DNA of 63,932 bases, filler included, from Corallochytrium limacisporum Hawaii (lineage: Eukaryota; Protista; Pluriformea): assembly GCA_002811645.1 (NCBI GenBank). It is 5 parts of 5 records of this genome, joined end to end, with 100 filler letters (N's around TTAATTAATTAA, not from the genome) between each part and the next. Parts side by side here need not be neighbours in the genome. Positions count along the whole stretch, not along the records: positions 26,079 to 44,764 come from PDIP01000164.1; positions 44,865 to 59,693 come from PDIP01000275.1; 3 more parts are not named here. The stretch is one strand, 5' to 3'. The notes beneath the pieces are model-generated. The model made no database searches, was not told where the DNA came from, and saw nothing but the letters and a program-made list of their open reading frames with translations. Position 1 is the first letter of the stretch. The number at the start of each line of letters is the position of its first letter. Shown one piece after another: positions 42,754 to 53,772 of this stretch. The position numbers and the translations under genes are program-made.

Positions 42754-44764
42754 CGTCCTCTGGATCGATCAGAAGGGAGACCCGGACGAGACGAGACGGG
42801 GAAAAGTTGATCCTCGCCCGCGATGTAAATTAGGCCCCGTAAAATCCGCTGAGAGCGCGCAAGAGCCCCCGGGCCCGCCCAACGCAGCAGACCCGAACCT
42901 CAGAGAACGCACCGCCGCTCCCAATGGACGCGAATTTGGGCGCCCCGTACTATAATATACTGCTGTCTTCAACTTTAACCATTCACTAATAGCACAGTGT
43001 ATTACTATTTACCTTTTTTATATCCGGACTTTGTGTAAATCCCCATCGTCAACCACTTCCGTTCTTAGTATTCCAACCCGGCACGGAGCCCCACAAAAAA
43101 AAAAAAAAAAGAAAAAGGGAAACCGCTGCGCCGTACTTGGCCATTCTTTCCTAACCGCCGCCGGGCGCAGAAAAAACGTCAGTGCGTTTTGGTATCGGAG
43201 AGGAAAAGAAAAAAGGGGCGTGCGGGGCGCGCAGAAAGAAGAAAATGAAGCCGCGAACGACGAAAAAGGGTTAGCCAGCCAGTGAAATTCGCCCGTGAAT
43301 GAAGGGAAGAAAAGAAAAAAAAAAGATTAGAAGGGCGGTAGTTACCGAAGGGGGGTCAAAGTGTCCTTCGCCTGAACCACCACCCCCCCTCCTTCCCCCA
43401 CGAAGGACAAACGGCAACGGTCTAACAATAACTAAAAAAAAAAAAGAAAAAAATAGGAGATAAAAACACCTCTATACATTTATACTCCGAATCTGCGTGA
43501 CTAGGAAGGCAGGTGATTATTATCAGAGCCGGAAAATGACGTGCTGCCTTGCTGACGCGCGGTGGTTGGGCGCACGGAGGGGAGAGAGAGCGAGTGGTCA
43601 CGGCCGACAGAGCACGGAAGGGGCGGCAGTTTGGGGGGCTCGTGACGCTGACGCCTCGTGGTGGTAAACCACTCCCCCACCCCTCGCGATATTACGAAAA
43701 TACAATTTCAATACTTAATATATGAACATTATGAGCAGATATGAAGTAATACCCGCGGTTTTCCAGCGCACTGCTCCTTTGCCCGCCGCTCCTCGATGCC
43801 AGAGTGAGTGCGCCCCTCCCGGGGTTTGACATGTGACCATACGATTGTCAAATTTGTAGATTGTGATTATGATTTTATATATGTTTTATTTAAAACTATA
43901 ATCAAAGAGTAGAATTATCTACATTTTATATGATTTGTCCTTTCCCAATCAGTTGCGCTCCGGTTCCGGGTGCAAAGAGCGGACACGGGGCAAAATGTTT
44001 TTTTACGCGTTCAAAAGAGACAGAGAGCGGAGGGACCAAGACACCCCCCCCCCTCCGGGAGAGCCGTCGGGCGACTCACACTCATCCTTCCACACTCACA
44101 CACTCACACACACACAGCGCCTTCCCTTCATCTCTGCCACTTTTCTCTCGAGAAAGGGGGGGGGGAAGGGGGGGAGGGACGGGCCAGCGGGCGGTTGTGT
44201 TCTTCCGCGTTCCCTCTTCCTGCTGTGCCCAAGAAAAAGGCAGAGCTTTTTGGGAGGCATATGCAATTAATTTAACATTTTATATAGTATATTAGATACT
44301 TAATTTTGCAGGAGTCGTGAATGATAGAGGTATCTATGGCTGTGCGCAACCGGGTGCTTTGTGGCCCCGACCCGACCCGATCGATCGGTGTTTGCTCCCG
44401 CCGACTTCCCCACCGTTCTTGCTGCCGAGAAGGGGGTCGGAGTGGTGTCCTCGTCGATTCTTGCAATTTGCCAAACCCAAAAAAAAAAAAAGAGAGAAAA
44501 GAAAAGAAAAGAAATTCAGTGTGTACCACCCTCTGTCTGGTATGTCAGGGTCAAAACTCCGAAAAACTTGACTCCCGAGGATCTTTTTCAATCTTGATTG
44601 TATAATAATTTATATTGATTGTATTCTATTTCATTATATTTTGCTCTTTTTAACAATCATGCACAAATATTTCAATAGCTGATTCAAACGAAGAGTCCCT
44701 GCTACTCTCAAAAAAGGACTATTTTGACTTTGGCTTGACATTGAACACATCGTAGTCGTACAAA

Positions 44765-44864
44765 NNNNNNNNNNNNNNNNNNNNNNNNNNNNNNNNNNNN
44801 NNNNNNNNTTAATTAATTAANNNNNNNNNNNNNNNNNNNNNNNNNNNNNNNNNNNNNNNNNNNN
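44765..44864. other. Artificial contig linker
   Basis: N44-TTAATTAATTAA-N44. Confidence 0.97.
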
Positions 44865-45720
44865 GGGGGGAGGCCGGACGTGTGTGGTACGTGGACAACT
44901 GACAACCACCGTCCAGGTTGGAAGCGTTTTTGGCTCTCCCCGCGGGTCGGTCCCTGGCCGGGCGGTCGCTCCGGTTTGGCAACTTTTGTCCGTGGCTAAG
45001 AGAACCGGGCAATTTCCCCCGGGTCGTGTTTGGTGGTTAGTTTTTGGTGTTCTTGCTTGGCGTTTGGTGTGAAGAACTCCGCCCTTTTTGCTTAACGAAC
45101 GGTTTCGCTTTTGTCCATCTCTCTCCGGCGAACAGATGATGCGCATGTGCATGATACGCTGTAACCCCAAAGATGTGTTGCATCTCCTGATCCAAGATAG
45201 TCTTTCGCACCAGGGCGGCGAGGCACAAGGACAAATTAAAACAATGGGCAGAGAGAGTTCGCAAAGTTTTAACGAAACAGAAAGATTTTTTTGGTCAGAG
45301 TGGGAGTACATTTAATACTGGAAACCTGCAATGAAGTTCATCTGTGCCACCCCCTCCAACCCTAGCATCAATGTCCGTCCTACGCAGTGGGATCCTGGCT
45401 GTCACGGTTGGCGGTGTTGTCAGTCGCTGCCACCATTTCTAATACCCGGGGCGAACGCCAGTGGCGGACCAGCCCCTTCCGGTTCACGGAAACATTTGCA
45501 GATGTGTCCTTTGACCGAAGTAAATCGGGTCGGGTTTTCCTGCGTGTGTTTGTGATTCAGTGCCAGCGCACAGGTGTGTGGTGAACAATCTAGGACGCAT
45601 AATATCAACATAGGCTAACAGCAAGTCGCATATATTAAGAGATTGAGAACCGTTTCCAATGGCACACGTTGGCTAACATCAGTGTGCACATTCTTTTTTT
45701 TTTTACCTTCATTGTTGTGT

Positions 45721-47169
45721 TTAGTGCTCGAAGTGAACAGGAGCTAATGGCACAGCGCGGATCTTCCCCGGGAAACGAGTCGAGGCATCGTGTTTGTTTC
45801 GACCGGCAATACGGGGCCAGTAAGATGCCAATAAGCAGCAAAGGGCACTGCCCAGCATACAAGCACCGGACATCATGAACGCTCCCATTGGTGATGTCTG
45901 AATGACAGCGCCAACCGCCACTGGGCCAATGAGTTCGCCGATTCCGCGGCCGGATCCCCCGAGGCCCACAATGTCAGCATTGTCTCTGTTACTGTACCAA
46001 TCGCTGATGATGCAGGCCTGCATTGCGAACTGGCCACCGGTGGCCCATCCGGATACAATAGCGAACAGATAGATGGACCATGTTGTAGTAGACAGCGGCC
46101 AGAGAAAGAGCATAACCCCGGCCAATGTGAGGGATGCGGACAACACGGGTTCACGTCCGGCCTTGTCTCCAGCATACCCCTGCATGGGTTTGGAAATTGC
46201 ATTAGCACCGGATAGCAGACCGGCTCCCAAGGCAGCCATGGAGTGGGACAGGCCATGGTGCTCTGCCCAGGTCACAAGATAGAAGAATGGCGCGCCATAG
46301 CCGAAACCGAAAAGAACATTACCAATCCATGTGAGGGTGAAACGGCCATCGCGGAACATGTGCCAGGGAATCTTAGTTTTCTTTTTTTGCCTCTTCGGTG
46401 GCACCCGATCCTCTGCCAGCAGAGCTGCGATCGCAGTGAAAACGAGTACAATGAGGGCATCCACACGGAACGTGTCGCGCCAGCCAATGGTTTGGATCAG
46501 ATGCGATTGGATGGGGGCGAAGATCAGGCCCGCCACACCCAAACCGCTAGCACCAATACCCATCATCACTGCCTTCCTTTCTCTGAACCACTGGTTGATG
46601 ATGCCGATCGAGGGAAACAATGTAAAGCTCATGCCGATCCCCACCAACACGCCGAAGGTCACATACATCTGGAAGATGTCCGTCGTGAAGCTAGTGGACA
46701 GACACCCGACGGCAATGATGAGGCCGCCGAACAGGATCACCCGCTGAGAGCCAAAGCGGATGGACCAGGCACCCGCCAGCGGTGCGGTGGCCGCCCGCAG
46801 GGTCAACGTCAACGCGCCGGGCCAGGACGCCAGCGCGAGGGATACGTCGAATTCCTCAGCCAAGCGGGGCAGGAATACTCCCCAATTCAAAGCCAGTAGG
46901 CCAGAAAATGTGCTGGCCATGAACAGGACAACCACCTGGCGATAGGCATACGTGGAATCAATCAAGTGTGCCTTGTGATTCAGTCTCTTTGCCTTCTTTT
47001 CACTGTGTGTGGAAGACAGCTCTCTTCCTCTCCTGACCAGGGCGTCGCTGTTCTCCCAGCTCGGAGTCTCGGTCAGCTCCACCGTCGGAGTGTGACTGAG
47101 AGAGGTGGGTTTGGTCACCGTGTCGGGACCAACCATCTCTAGCGCTACGATTTCGTGATCTATTGCCAT
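45721..47169 (-). CDS. MFS monocarboxylate-transporter-like permease (MCT/SLC16)
   Basis: About 12 TM helices; APLAGAWSIRFGSQRV, YVTFGVLVGIG, INQWFRERKAVMMG, IGWRDTF, GYAGDKAGR. Confidence 0.9.
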   Translation of the reverse strand: MAIDHEIVALEMVGPDTVTKPTSLSHTPTVELTETPSWENSDALVRRGRELSSTHSEKKAKRLNHKAHLIDSTYAYRQVVVLFMASTFSGLLALNWGVFLPRLAEEFDVSLALASWPGALTLTLRAATAPLAGAWSIRFGSQRVILFGGLIIAVGCLSTSFTTDIFQMYVTFGVLVGIGMSFTLFPSIGIINQWFRERKAVMMGIGASGLGVAGLIFAPIQSHLIQTIGWRDTFRVDALIVLVFTAIAALLAEDRVPPKRQKKKTKIPWHMFRDGRFTLTWIGNVLFGFGYGAPFFYLVTWAEHHGLSHSMAALGAGLLSGANAISKPMQGYAGDKAGREPVLSASLTLAGVMLFLWPLSTTTWSIYLFAIVSGWATGGQFAMQACIISDWYSNRDNADIVGLGGSGRGIGELIGPVAVGAVIQTSPMGAFMMSGACMLGSALCCLLASYWPRIAGRNKHDASTRFPGKIRAVPLAPVHFEH

Positions 47170-48045
47170 GATTCAATGCGATGTTATCATTCTAGGGTCT
47201 GTGATAGTGTGTAGTGTATGTATTCAGCAAAGTCAATCAGTTTGCGGGTGACCACAGTACATCTGATATCCAAATGACGGAGATTGACGCCTTTATATAC
47301 CCTGCCCTGGACCTACACTGGTCCAAAACGGGTGCAGGAAGAACCCCATAATGCGCGGATGCGGCTGATCATCATGGCTCTCCAGCCAGTGCGCAGAGGG
47401 CCCACGATTGGAATGTGTCATCAGCGTCCACTCGGCGGCTCACTCTACTACCACTTCCCCTTTGATACACACGGACTGCATCACACACTCGACCCGCAGG
47501 CCCCGAATTCGCTGGGGGACGATTTTCCCGCTGGGACCGTTGGCGAGGAGAGCGAGTGAGTGACCCAAAAAAAAAAAAGAAGTTTCGAATAAAAAAAATA
47601 CAAAATACAAAGCAAAGGCCAAGTAGAAAACCCACCGTGCGAGCGGGCGGTGAGTAGACACTAACACACAGCACCATACCCCCCCCCCCGGTCTGCCCTC
47701 TCTCCCCCGTGACCCCGCGGGGAAGAAGGGGGGAGGGGGTTGTTGTGTCATGGCAGGCTTGGTATTATAGAGCCATAATACCTCTCCCCCCCCAGGCACG
47801 ATCGCCAAGGAGGGGGGGAGAGGGAGTGAGGAACGAGAACGTCGCTTGTCTTCACTTTCTTGGGTAAAAAAAAGGAAAAAAAGGACAAAGCAAAAAGTAC
47901 CGGGAAAGGTACCATCGTGAGCGAGAGCTCGGCAAGAGAGGAGGGTCAGGGGTTCAGGCGCAGAGTCCGTCTTTTGTTTCCCTTGCTCTGCCCGGCCTCC
48001 TCTTCCTCTTCTCTTCCCCTTTTCCGTGAACTCACGGTTCAGTAC

Positions 48046-48689
48046 GTACTGAGGGTACGGACGGTGAAGAAAATTGAAGAGCTGGTGGCAGTGCCGTCTG
48101 GGAAGAAAACCCCACCGGAAAACAATAGAAAAACTACCGGAAAAAAAAAGAAGAAAAAAGGAAAAGGAAAGAGAGAAACCCCGGGAGCCTACCGTGAGGC
48201 CCAGCGGGTGGGAAGGAAACGAAAGGGACGGAGGAGCACCTGATCTTTGCCCGGGGTAAGCGCGCATCAGTACCCTCAGCATGCCCGGGAACCTACTCGG
48301 GTGGTTCTGAGCCATCAGTACCCTCAGCATGCCTCCGGGGAAACGCCGCGCTTGGTGAACTCTCGCACCTGCTCCGTCGGGGTTCCCAGCGGTACGCTCC
48401 GTATGCGACCGGGCCGGCGCGGTTTCTGCCCGGTGCTGGTGCCCATCGGTACCCTCAGCATTCGAACCCGCGATGTTTCAGGAATTCCGTCAGTACCCTC
48501 AGTATTGACCGCGGGAAAGGGTTTTTTCCCTTATTTTTTTTCTTCCATTGTACTTTTTTTCTTTAGAAGTTAATCGGGAACGAACGAACGCCATACCCCC
48601 CCCTTCTGCCCTTCTTGCCCCCCTTGAGCAATTTGTTTTCTTTTTTCCCAACCATCTCGACTTGATCGATCTGTCAGTACCCTCAGTAC
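48046..48689. repeat. Cluster of an 18-21 bp motif, consensus YRTCRGTACCCTCAGYA
   Basis: Copies at 48265, 48313, 48444, 48488, 48672 (+), a degenerate one at 48387 and an inverted one at 48046-48063. Confidence 0.85.
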
Positions 48690-50678
48690 CGGCCGAATCG
48701 CTACCGCAAAATACCAAAAGAAAAAAAATGTCCCAAAGAGAGCAGAAAGGGGGGAGGGAGGGTTGGGGTAGAGGAACACCAAAAAAAAAAGAAAAGAAGG
48801 CGAGAGAAACGGGCAAAATCTGCCCCAAGAGAGAGAAAAAAATATGGCCGCCTACACCAACTAATTGCCAAAGAAAAATTAACAAAAAGAGAGAGGGATA
48901 GAAAGTTAATCAAACCCCTCCATCTCCTTTTTTTTTCTTTTTCTCCTTTCTTTTCCCTTTCGCTCTCTTTCCCCGGGACCGAATTAAAGAAAAAAAAAAG
49001 AAAGAAAGGAGCAGTTCAGTTCATTGGCTACCGTTGTGAGGATTAGTGAACATATCCCGGCGGTTGTTGGGGGTTGTGTATCGACCCCGGTGCTCGTTGA
49101 CTTTGGCCTGAAGAAACTTTGGGTAAGTAAACACAGTGGCAGTGAGGAAACATCGCCCGTCAGCCCATACCCAACACAGCACAACCAGAATACCTTAACC
49201 ACCCGTACGGACGGAAGACAGTGGCAAAATATTGGCATTGTAAACAGTACGGAAACATGAACCATGGGCGCTTCCCAGACGCACGCACAGGTGCGGACTG
49301 CCGCCATGACAATGGGCCCGACCGAGGGACCCGGCTAACGAGCACTGGGGACCAAGGACCAGGACAGGCCCCGTTGGAGGGATCTAAGGCTGCACCTGCG
49401 CCGTAAGATTATTTGCATAGTACAGGTGTCTGGCTGCCTCTCACTGCCATGCACCCTAACTCCCCGTAACCATCATTCCTCACCTTCTCTCCTTGGCATC
49501 GTGCGGAATGACGACGACAGCACAACTCGTGTCTAGCCCGCTAGTGCAGTAGTTTTCACTCACAATGTTCGTGCGTTCCCGGACAACACCAGCACATTCT
49601 GTTCCTCTGGCCATACGTTGGTTTTGGTGTTCTCGTGAAGTACAGGTGGATTTATCGCCTACGCTGCAACTTTGGGACCCAACGCAAGACCACCACCGAG
49701 AGGAAACCAGGAAAATACCGCCGGTATTCCTTCCCTAGGGTCGGCCTTATGTTTGTTTTCCGGCTAAACACAACCACATTCTCGCTCTCTCACACCCTCC
49801 CTGCAATTCCTGTGCACCAACTTGACGGACGCACACTGTCTCCGCGCTGTCGCCAGTTTATCTCCAGTGTACGAGGAGGACTGCTCCCCAGGGCTAGGCG
49901 CGATGTCTCGGCCCGGAATTGGTGCGCTAAACACAAATACACATACATACAAATATATATGCGCACAACATCTGTTCCTTCCTCGTCCGCTGCGGTTCAA
50001 GCAGCTGACTTTGCTGGGTGCTTTACTCGGAATTTCCTGGGGGAGGGAGGGAGGGAGGGAGGGCTGGAACGCAGGTGACCCGCTGGCCGTGTATGCAGCC
50101 GACGGGATCCTTTGGGACTTGCCCTCGCTTGTCGTCGGTCTGTCGATCTACAACGCCCTCCCCTGGCTAGACGGGATCACAAACAAGGCAAATCAAACTG
50201 CCTTAAGCCACTGTTCCCCGCTCCCTTACCTCCTGGTCTTGCCCATCCCACCCTTCGTTCTGGCCCGGAACGAACAAAATACAGGGAAGCAGGGAACCAC
50301 GGAGCACACACTAAGATTTCAACATTCTACATACGGCATTTTGTAAGATATACTCTGATCGCGCACGCCGGGAGCGCGGCCAAGGGCGGCAATGCCGGAT
50401 CGTTCCTCGCATTGGAGCCTGGGTGCACAGTAAGATGCCCTCCGCATCGCTCCCCAATTGTTTAGGCACAGGCACGCAGAACCATGTGGGCCCATTGAAT
50501 ACTGTTGTGTAATTGTGTATTATGGTACCGCAGAGCACATGGTGACTACAATGCATCCATTTCGTTGCACATTGTAGAAGACGAGATTCCTGCATCCAGC
50601 GTCCTCGATCCCCCGAGGTTAGGTTACATTCACAATTTTGATCCGATTATAAACAAACTGGGAGGCGAGCGATCAAAC

Positions 50679-51236
50679 ATGGTTAGAAAGCAGCGCTGGG
50701 TCCCACTCCAGCCCCTGAACGTTGTGGTACAGTACGGCAACAAGGGCAACGCCGATCTCGAGAACGTTGCCCTCAGGTGTCGCTGGCCCAGTGAACTTGG
50801 AGCATCAGGCCAATACTGGGCCTACCCCTTCGAGCGCGTCGCTTCCGGTGGGAACAGTAGGTTGGAACACCTGGACCCTGGCATGTTCGGCAGGAATGTA
50901 TCCGAAAGCGCCCTCGACAGCATCATCCCTGGCCAGAACTACAACTTCTGTTTCCAAATCAAAGTGCCGAGTACGCTTGATGCTGCTGCCCCCGGGGGAG
51001 GCTCGAATGGTGAGGTTGAACACTTGAGACGAAACGCCGTCAGCGCCGAAGGGAGCATCAGCGACGAGGAACCATGGGCAGTACCCGAGGAACCCGTGGT
51101 GGCCCCAACGTTTGATTTGAATTGCGCCATCCTCAACGCTAAGTCCAAGGGAACGAGGGGCGTTGTGCTCGATAGTGCGAGTGTCAGGGTCGAACTGGAT
51201 GGGGCGACTGACCTGGTCGCCTGGGCGGAGCTCTAA
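50679..51236 (+). CDS. Hypothetical protein, possible Ig-like (DUF11-like) beta-sandwich
   Basis: VVVQYGNKGNADLENVALRCRWP and IIPGQNYNFCFQIKV; ATG at 50679 (caaacATG); frame is open further upstream so the start is uncertain. Confidence 0.6.
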   Translation: MVRKQRWVPLQPLNVVVQYGNKGNADLENVALRCRWPSELGASGQYWAYPFERVASGGNSRLEHLDPGMFGRNVSESALDSIIPGQNYNFCFQIKVPSTLDAAAPGGGSNGEVEHLRRNAVSAEGSISDEEPWAVPEEPVVAPTFDLNCAILNAKSKGTRGVVLDSASVRVELDGATDLVAWAEL

Positions 51237-51291
51237 TGATTAAGAAGCGTCCCCGACAACCTAAATCCCTCGCCAAGAAAAGCCAGCCGTG

Positions 51292-51396
51292 CTTGTCCAG
51301 ATGCACGGTCAAGGTGATCTTGTTAATAATAGACATATCAAACTTGTCCAGATGCACGGTCAAGGTGATCTTGTTAATAATAGACATATCAAACTT
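51292..51396. repeat. Perfect 51-bp tandem duplication
   Basis: cttgtccagatgcacggtcaaggtgatcttgttaataatagacatatcaaa x2 between convergent genes. Confidence 0.95.
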
Positions 51397-51462
51397 TTCA
51401 ATTGATTCTATATTACATGTACAAGGAAAACCAAAAAGAGACGCAATGGACTAAGCTTTCCA

Positions 51463-52485
51463 TCAACCCTCCACAAATTTGTACTCGTCCCAAAGGTCCC
51501 AGAGCTGTTCCGCAGTGACACCATTCTTGAGACGCAGGACGATCATCCAGACGTCACCACTTTCCCCTTCGGCCATGTGTTCCTGACCACAGCAACCCTC
51601 GACTCGTTCCGAAACCTGCAGAACAGGGCCATACTGGATTTGCCGCTTCTTAAAGTCGTGCAGGAGCACCACGAAATCGTCTGGGCTCTTACCGTGGTGC
51701 GTCGCATGCCAAAAGGCTGCAAACACGCATGCCACCCGGAACCTCCCATCCACCAGGTACACATCAAATGCCTCGTTCTCAGCCTCCAGCGGTCCAATGG
51801 AATAGAACGGCCATTTTGCCCGTGTCTCCTGGTCCGTGGGATGGCTGTAGGATCCGACAGGTCCAATATCTTGAAGATCGAAGCGGAAGTGGGCCGGTGA
51901 CTGCTTCCGAATTTTCTCTAACCACTTCACGTCTCCCTCCACACCTGTGTACCGCGGCAGGGCGTAGTGGATGGCAAATGTGGTCGATTCACCGACGCCC
52001 CATTCCATGACACTGTCAGCACTACTATAGTACTTGCTGAGCAGGCCCCGGTCCCTGTTTCTGAGATCTGATTTTTGTTCTTCTTTGAGTTGCCCGAATG
52101 TTGGATCGTAGGCTGGTCGTGGGTTGGCCTCGTCGATGACGTGAGGAACAGCGTACCCGGAGAAACGGTCTTGAGGAGCGTTCTGGTTCTTACCATCACT
52201 TTCTGCGCCGGCCGGAATGGTGCTTGAAGAGGTGTCTGGGTCTGCTCCCGTTGAGATGTCGAATATTCCCATACACTGGCTACAATCACTGCCCTGGCTG
52301 TTCTGCCAGTTTACATTACTCAGCAACATAACCATGAAGAGCACCACGAAGGCGACGCAGACCTTATAATATTTCTCATATCGAACCACCCAGGAAGACG
52401 ACTTACGGGGACTCTTCGGCGGACTCGGCTGCAACGGGATTTGCATGGCTGACAGGGGCAGCCGTGTGTGCTTCGTGTCCGACAT
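51463..52485 (-). CDS. Type II membrane SAM-dependent methyltransferase-like protein (possible glycan O-methyltransferase)
   Basis: N-terminal TM anchor and stem; motif-I-like VMEWGVGEST, YTGVEGD, FDVYLVDGRFRVAC, VLLHDF. Confidence 0.75.
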   Translation of the reverse strand: MSDTKHTRLPLSAMQIPLQPSPPKSPRKSSSWVVRYEKYYKVCVAFVVLFMVMLLSNVNWQNSQGSDCSQCMGIFDISTGADPDTSSSTIPAGAESDGKNQNAPQDRFSGYAVPHVIDEANPRPAYDPTFGQLKEEQKSDLRNRDRGLLSKYYSSADSVMEWGVGESTTFAIHYALPRYTGVEGDVKWLEKIRKQSPAHFRFDLQDIGPVGSYSHPTDQETRAKWPFYSIGPLEAENEAFDVYLVDGRFRVACVFAAFWHATHHGKSPDDFVVLLHDFKKRQIQYGPVLQVSERVEGCCGQEHMAEGESGDVWMIVLRLKNGVTAEQLWDLWDEYKFVEG

Positions 52486-53697
52486 TTGTGACTATTCCTA
52501 CGGTTACTAAGGCATTTACATGGCAGGCGCACTTGGTTCACTCGATACAGTAGATGCGTTTCGGGTCCTAGTCACAGCTGTAAATGTGACTCTAATTTGC
52601 CTATTCTTCGCCTTCTCAGATATCCCAACGACCCCCGGATCCCATTTATGTACCACAACAGAACCCAATTACATTTACCGTTCCAACCACACAAACAACA
52701 CAGCACTCGTCCTATTTCCCAATCATCACTTGCCTCACTTTTGCTGTCATGGGTCCCGTGCGCCCTTGTGTGTCCCCCCCCCCCTCCGGGGGTGTTTTTT
52801 GTGGGTTTTGCGGCGGTTGGGTACCGGTTTGGTGGTGGGTGGGTGGGTATTGTACAGGCGACAAAAAAGAAGTGGGGCAGTTTTCCTCTTTCTCCCGAAA
52901 ACCCAAAAAAAAAAGAAAAAAAGAAAGAGGGGAGGGAGAGAGAGAGAGAGAAAAAAGGGGGGGAGACGGGCCCGCCAATGGCCAGCCCGCCTCACCAGTG
53001 CTCCGGCCCCCCCCCCTCCCTCCCTCTCCCAAACTCCCGCTCTCCCTCCCTTTAATTTTTGGGGATGCCTTGAACGGGCACCGGGGCCAAAGCTTTTTAT
53101 TAAAAAGGGGGCGGGGAAGAAGGAAGGAAAGGGTCCATTTTTTTTTTGTGGGTGTTCCGTCCGTGTTTTTCTCGGCTGCATTTTTGGCTGAGAGAGACTG
53201 AGAGAGAGGGGGGAGCTCGCCGAGTGGCTGCCTGTCCCAGAACTGAAATTTTCTATTTTTTTCTTCTTTCTTTCTTTCTTCGTAGGTGTCCCGGCGCCGA
53301 ACCCGAACCCTCCCTTCCACTCACTCGGGCTGCGCCGCAGTGTGGATGTGCCGGTCTTTAAAAAAAACACCAAAGAAAACCCATCAAAAAGAAGATCAAA
53401 AAGAAAAAGTGGGAGTCCATCAACCGCCCTAAAAAAATGAAAGGGACAAGGAAGAGAAAAGTAGAAAAATTAACGAGGGCCGGCCCAAGCAGCGGTAGCG
53501 CAAGCGGTCTCTATAGAAATCACACGGCACGTAGGGACGTGAGACCCCCGGCCCTCTCGGGCCTTGGCCACAGCCCGCCTAACCGAAACTCTTCAATTTG
53601 GCACACATTAGTGAGTCGTCACATAAAAATCACCTACATTTAATATTGATATTGGAAATTGTAAAATTATGACATCATTCCATTTCTTGACATAACC

Positions 53698-53772
53698 GAT
53701 CGGGAGCTCGGAGATGGCCGTCGGGTCGTGTGGATCGGTGTTCGAGACTCGCAGGCCACTCTGGATTTTTTT
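53698..53772 (+). ncRNA. Candidate small Pol III-type structured RNA
   Basis: B-box GTTCGAGAC 53740-53748, long hairpin 53708-53764, T7 run 53766-53772, AT-rich upstream flank. Confidence 0.25.

Noticed and set aside
48265-48505. CRISPR array
   Set aside because: Repeat too short, spacing irregular (44-74 bp), an inverted copy nearby, no cas genes, eukaryotic context
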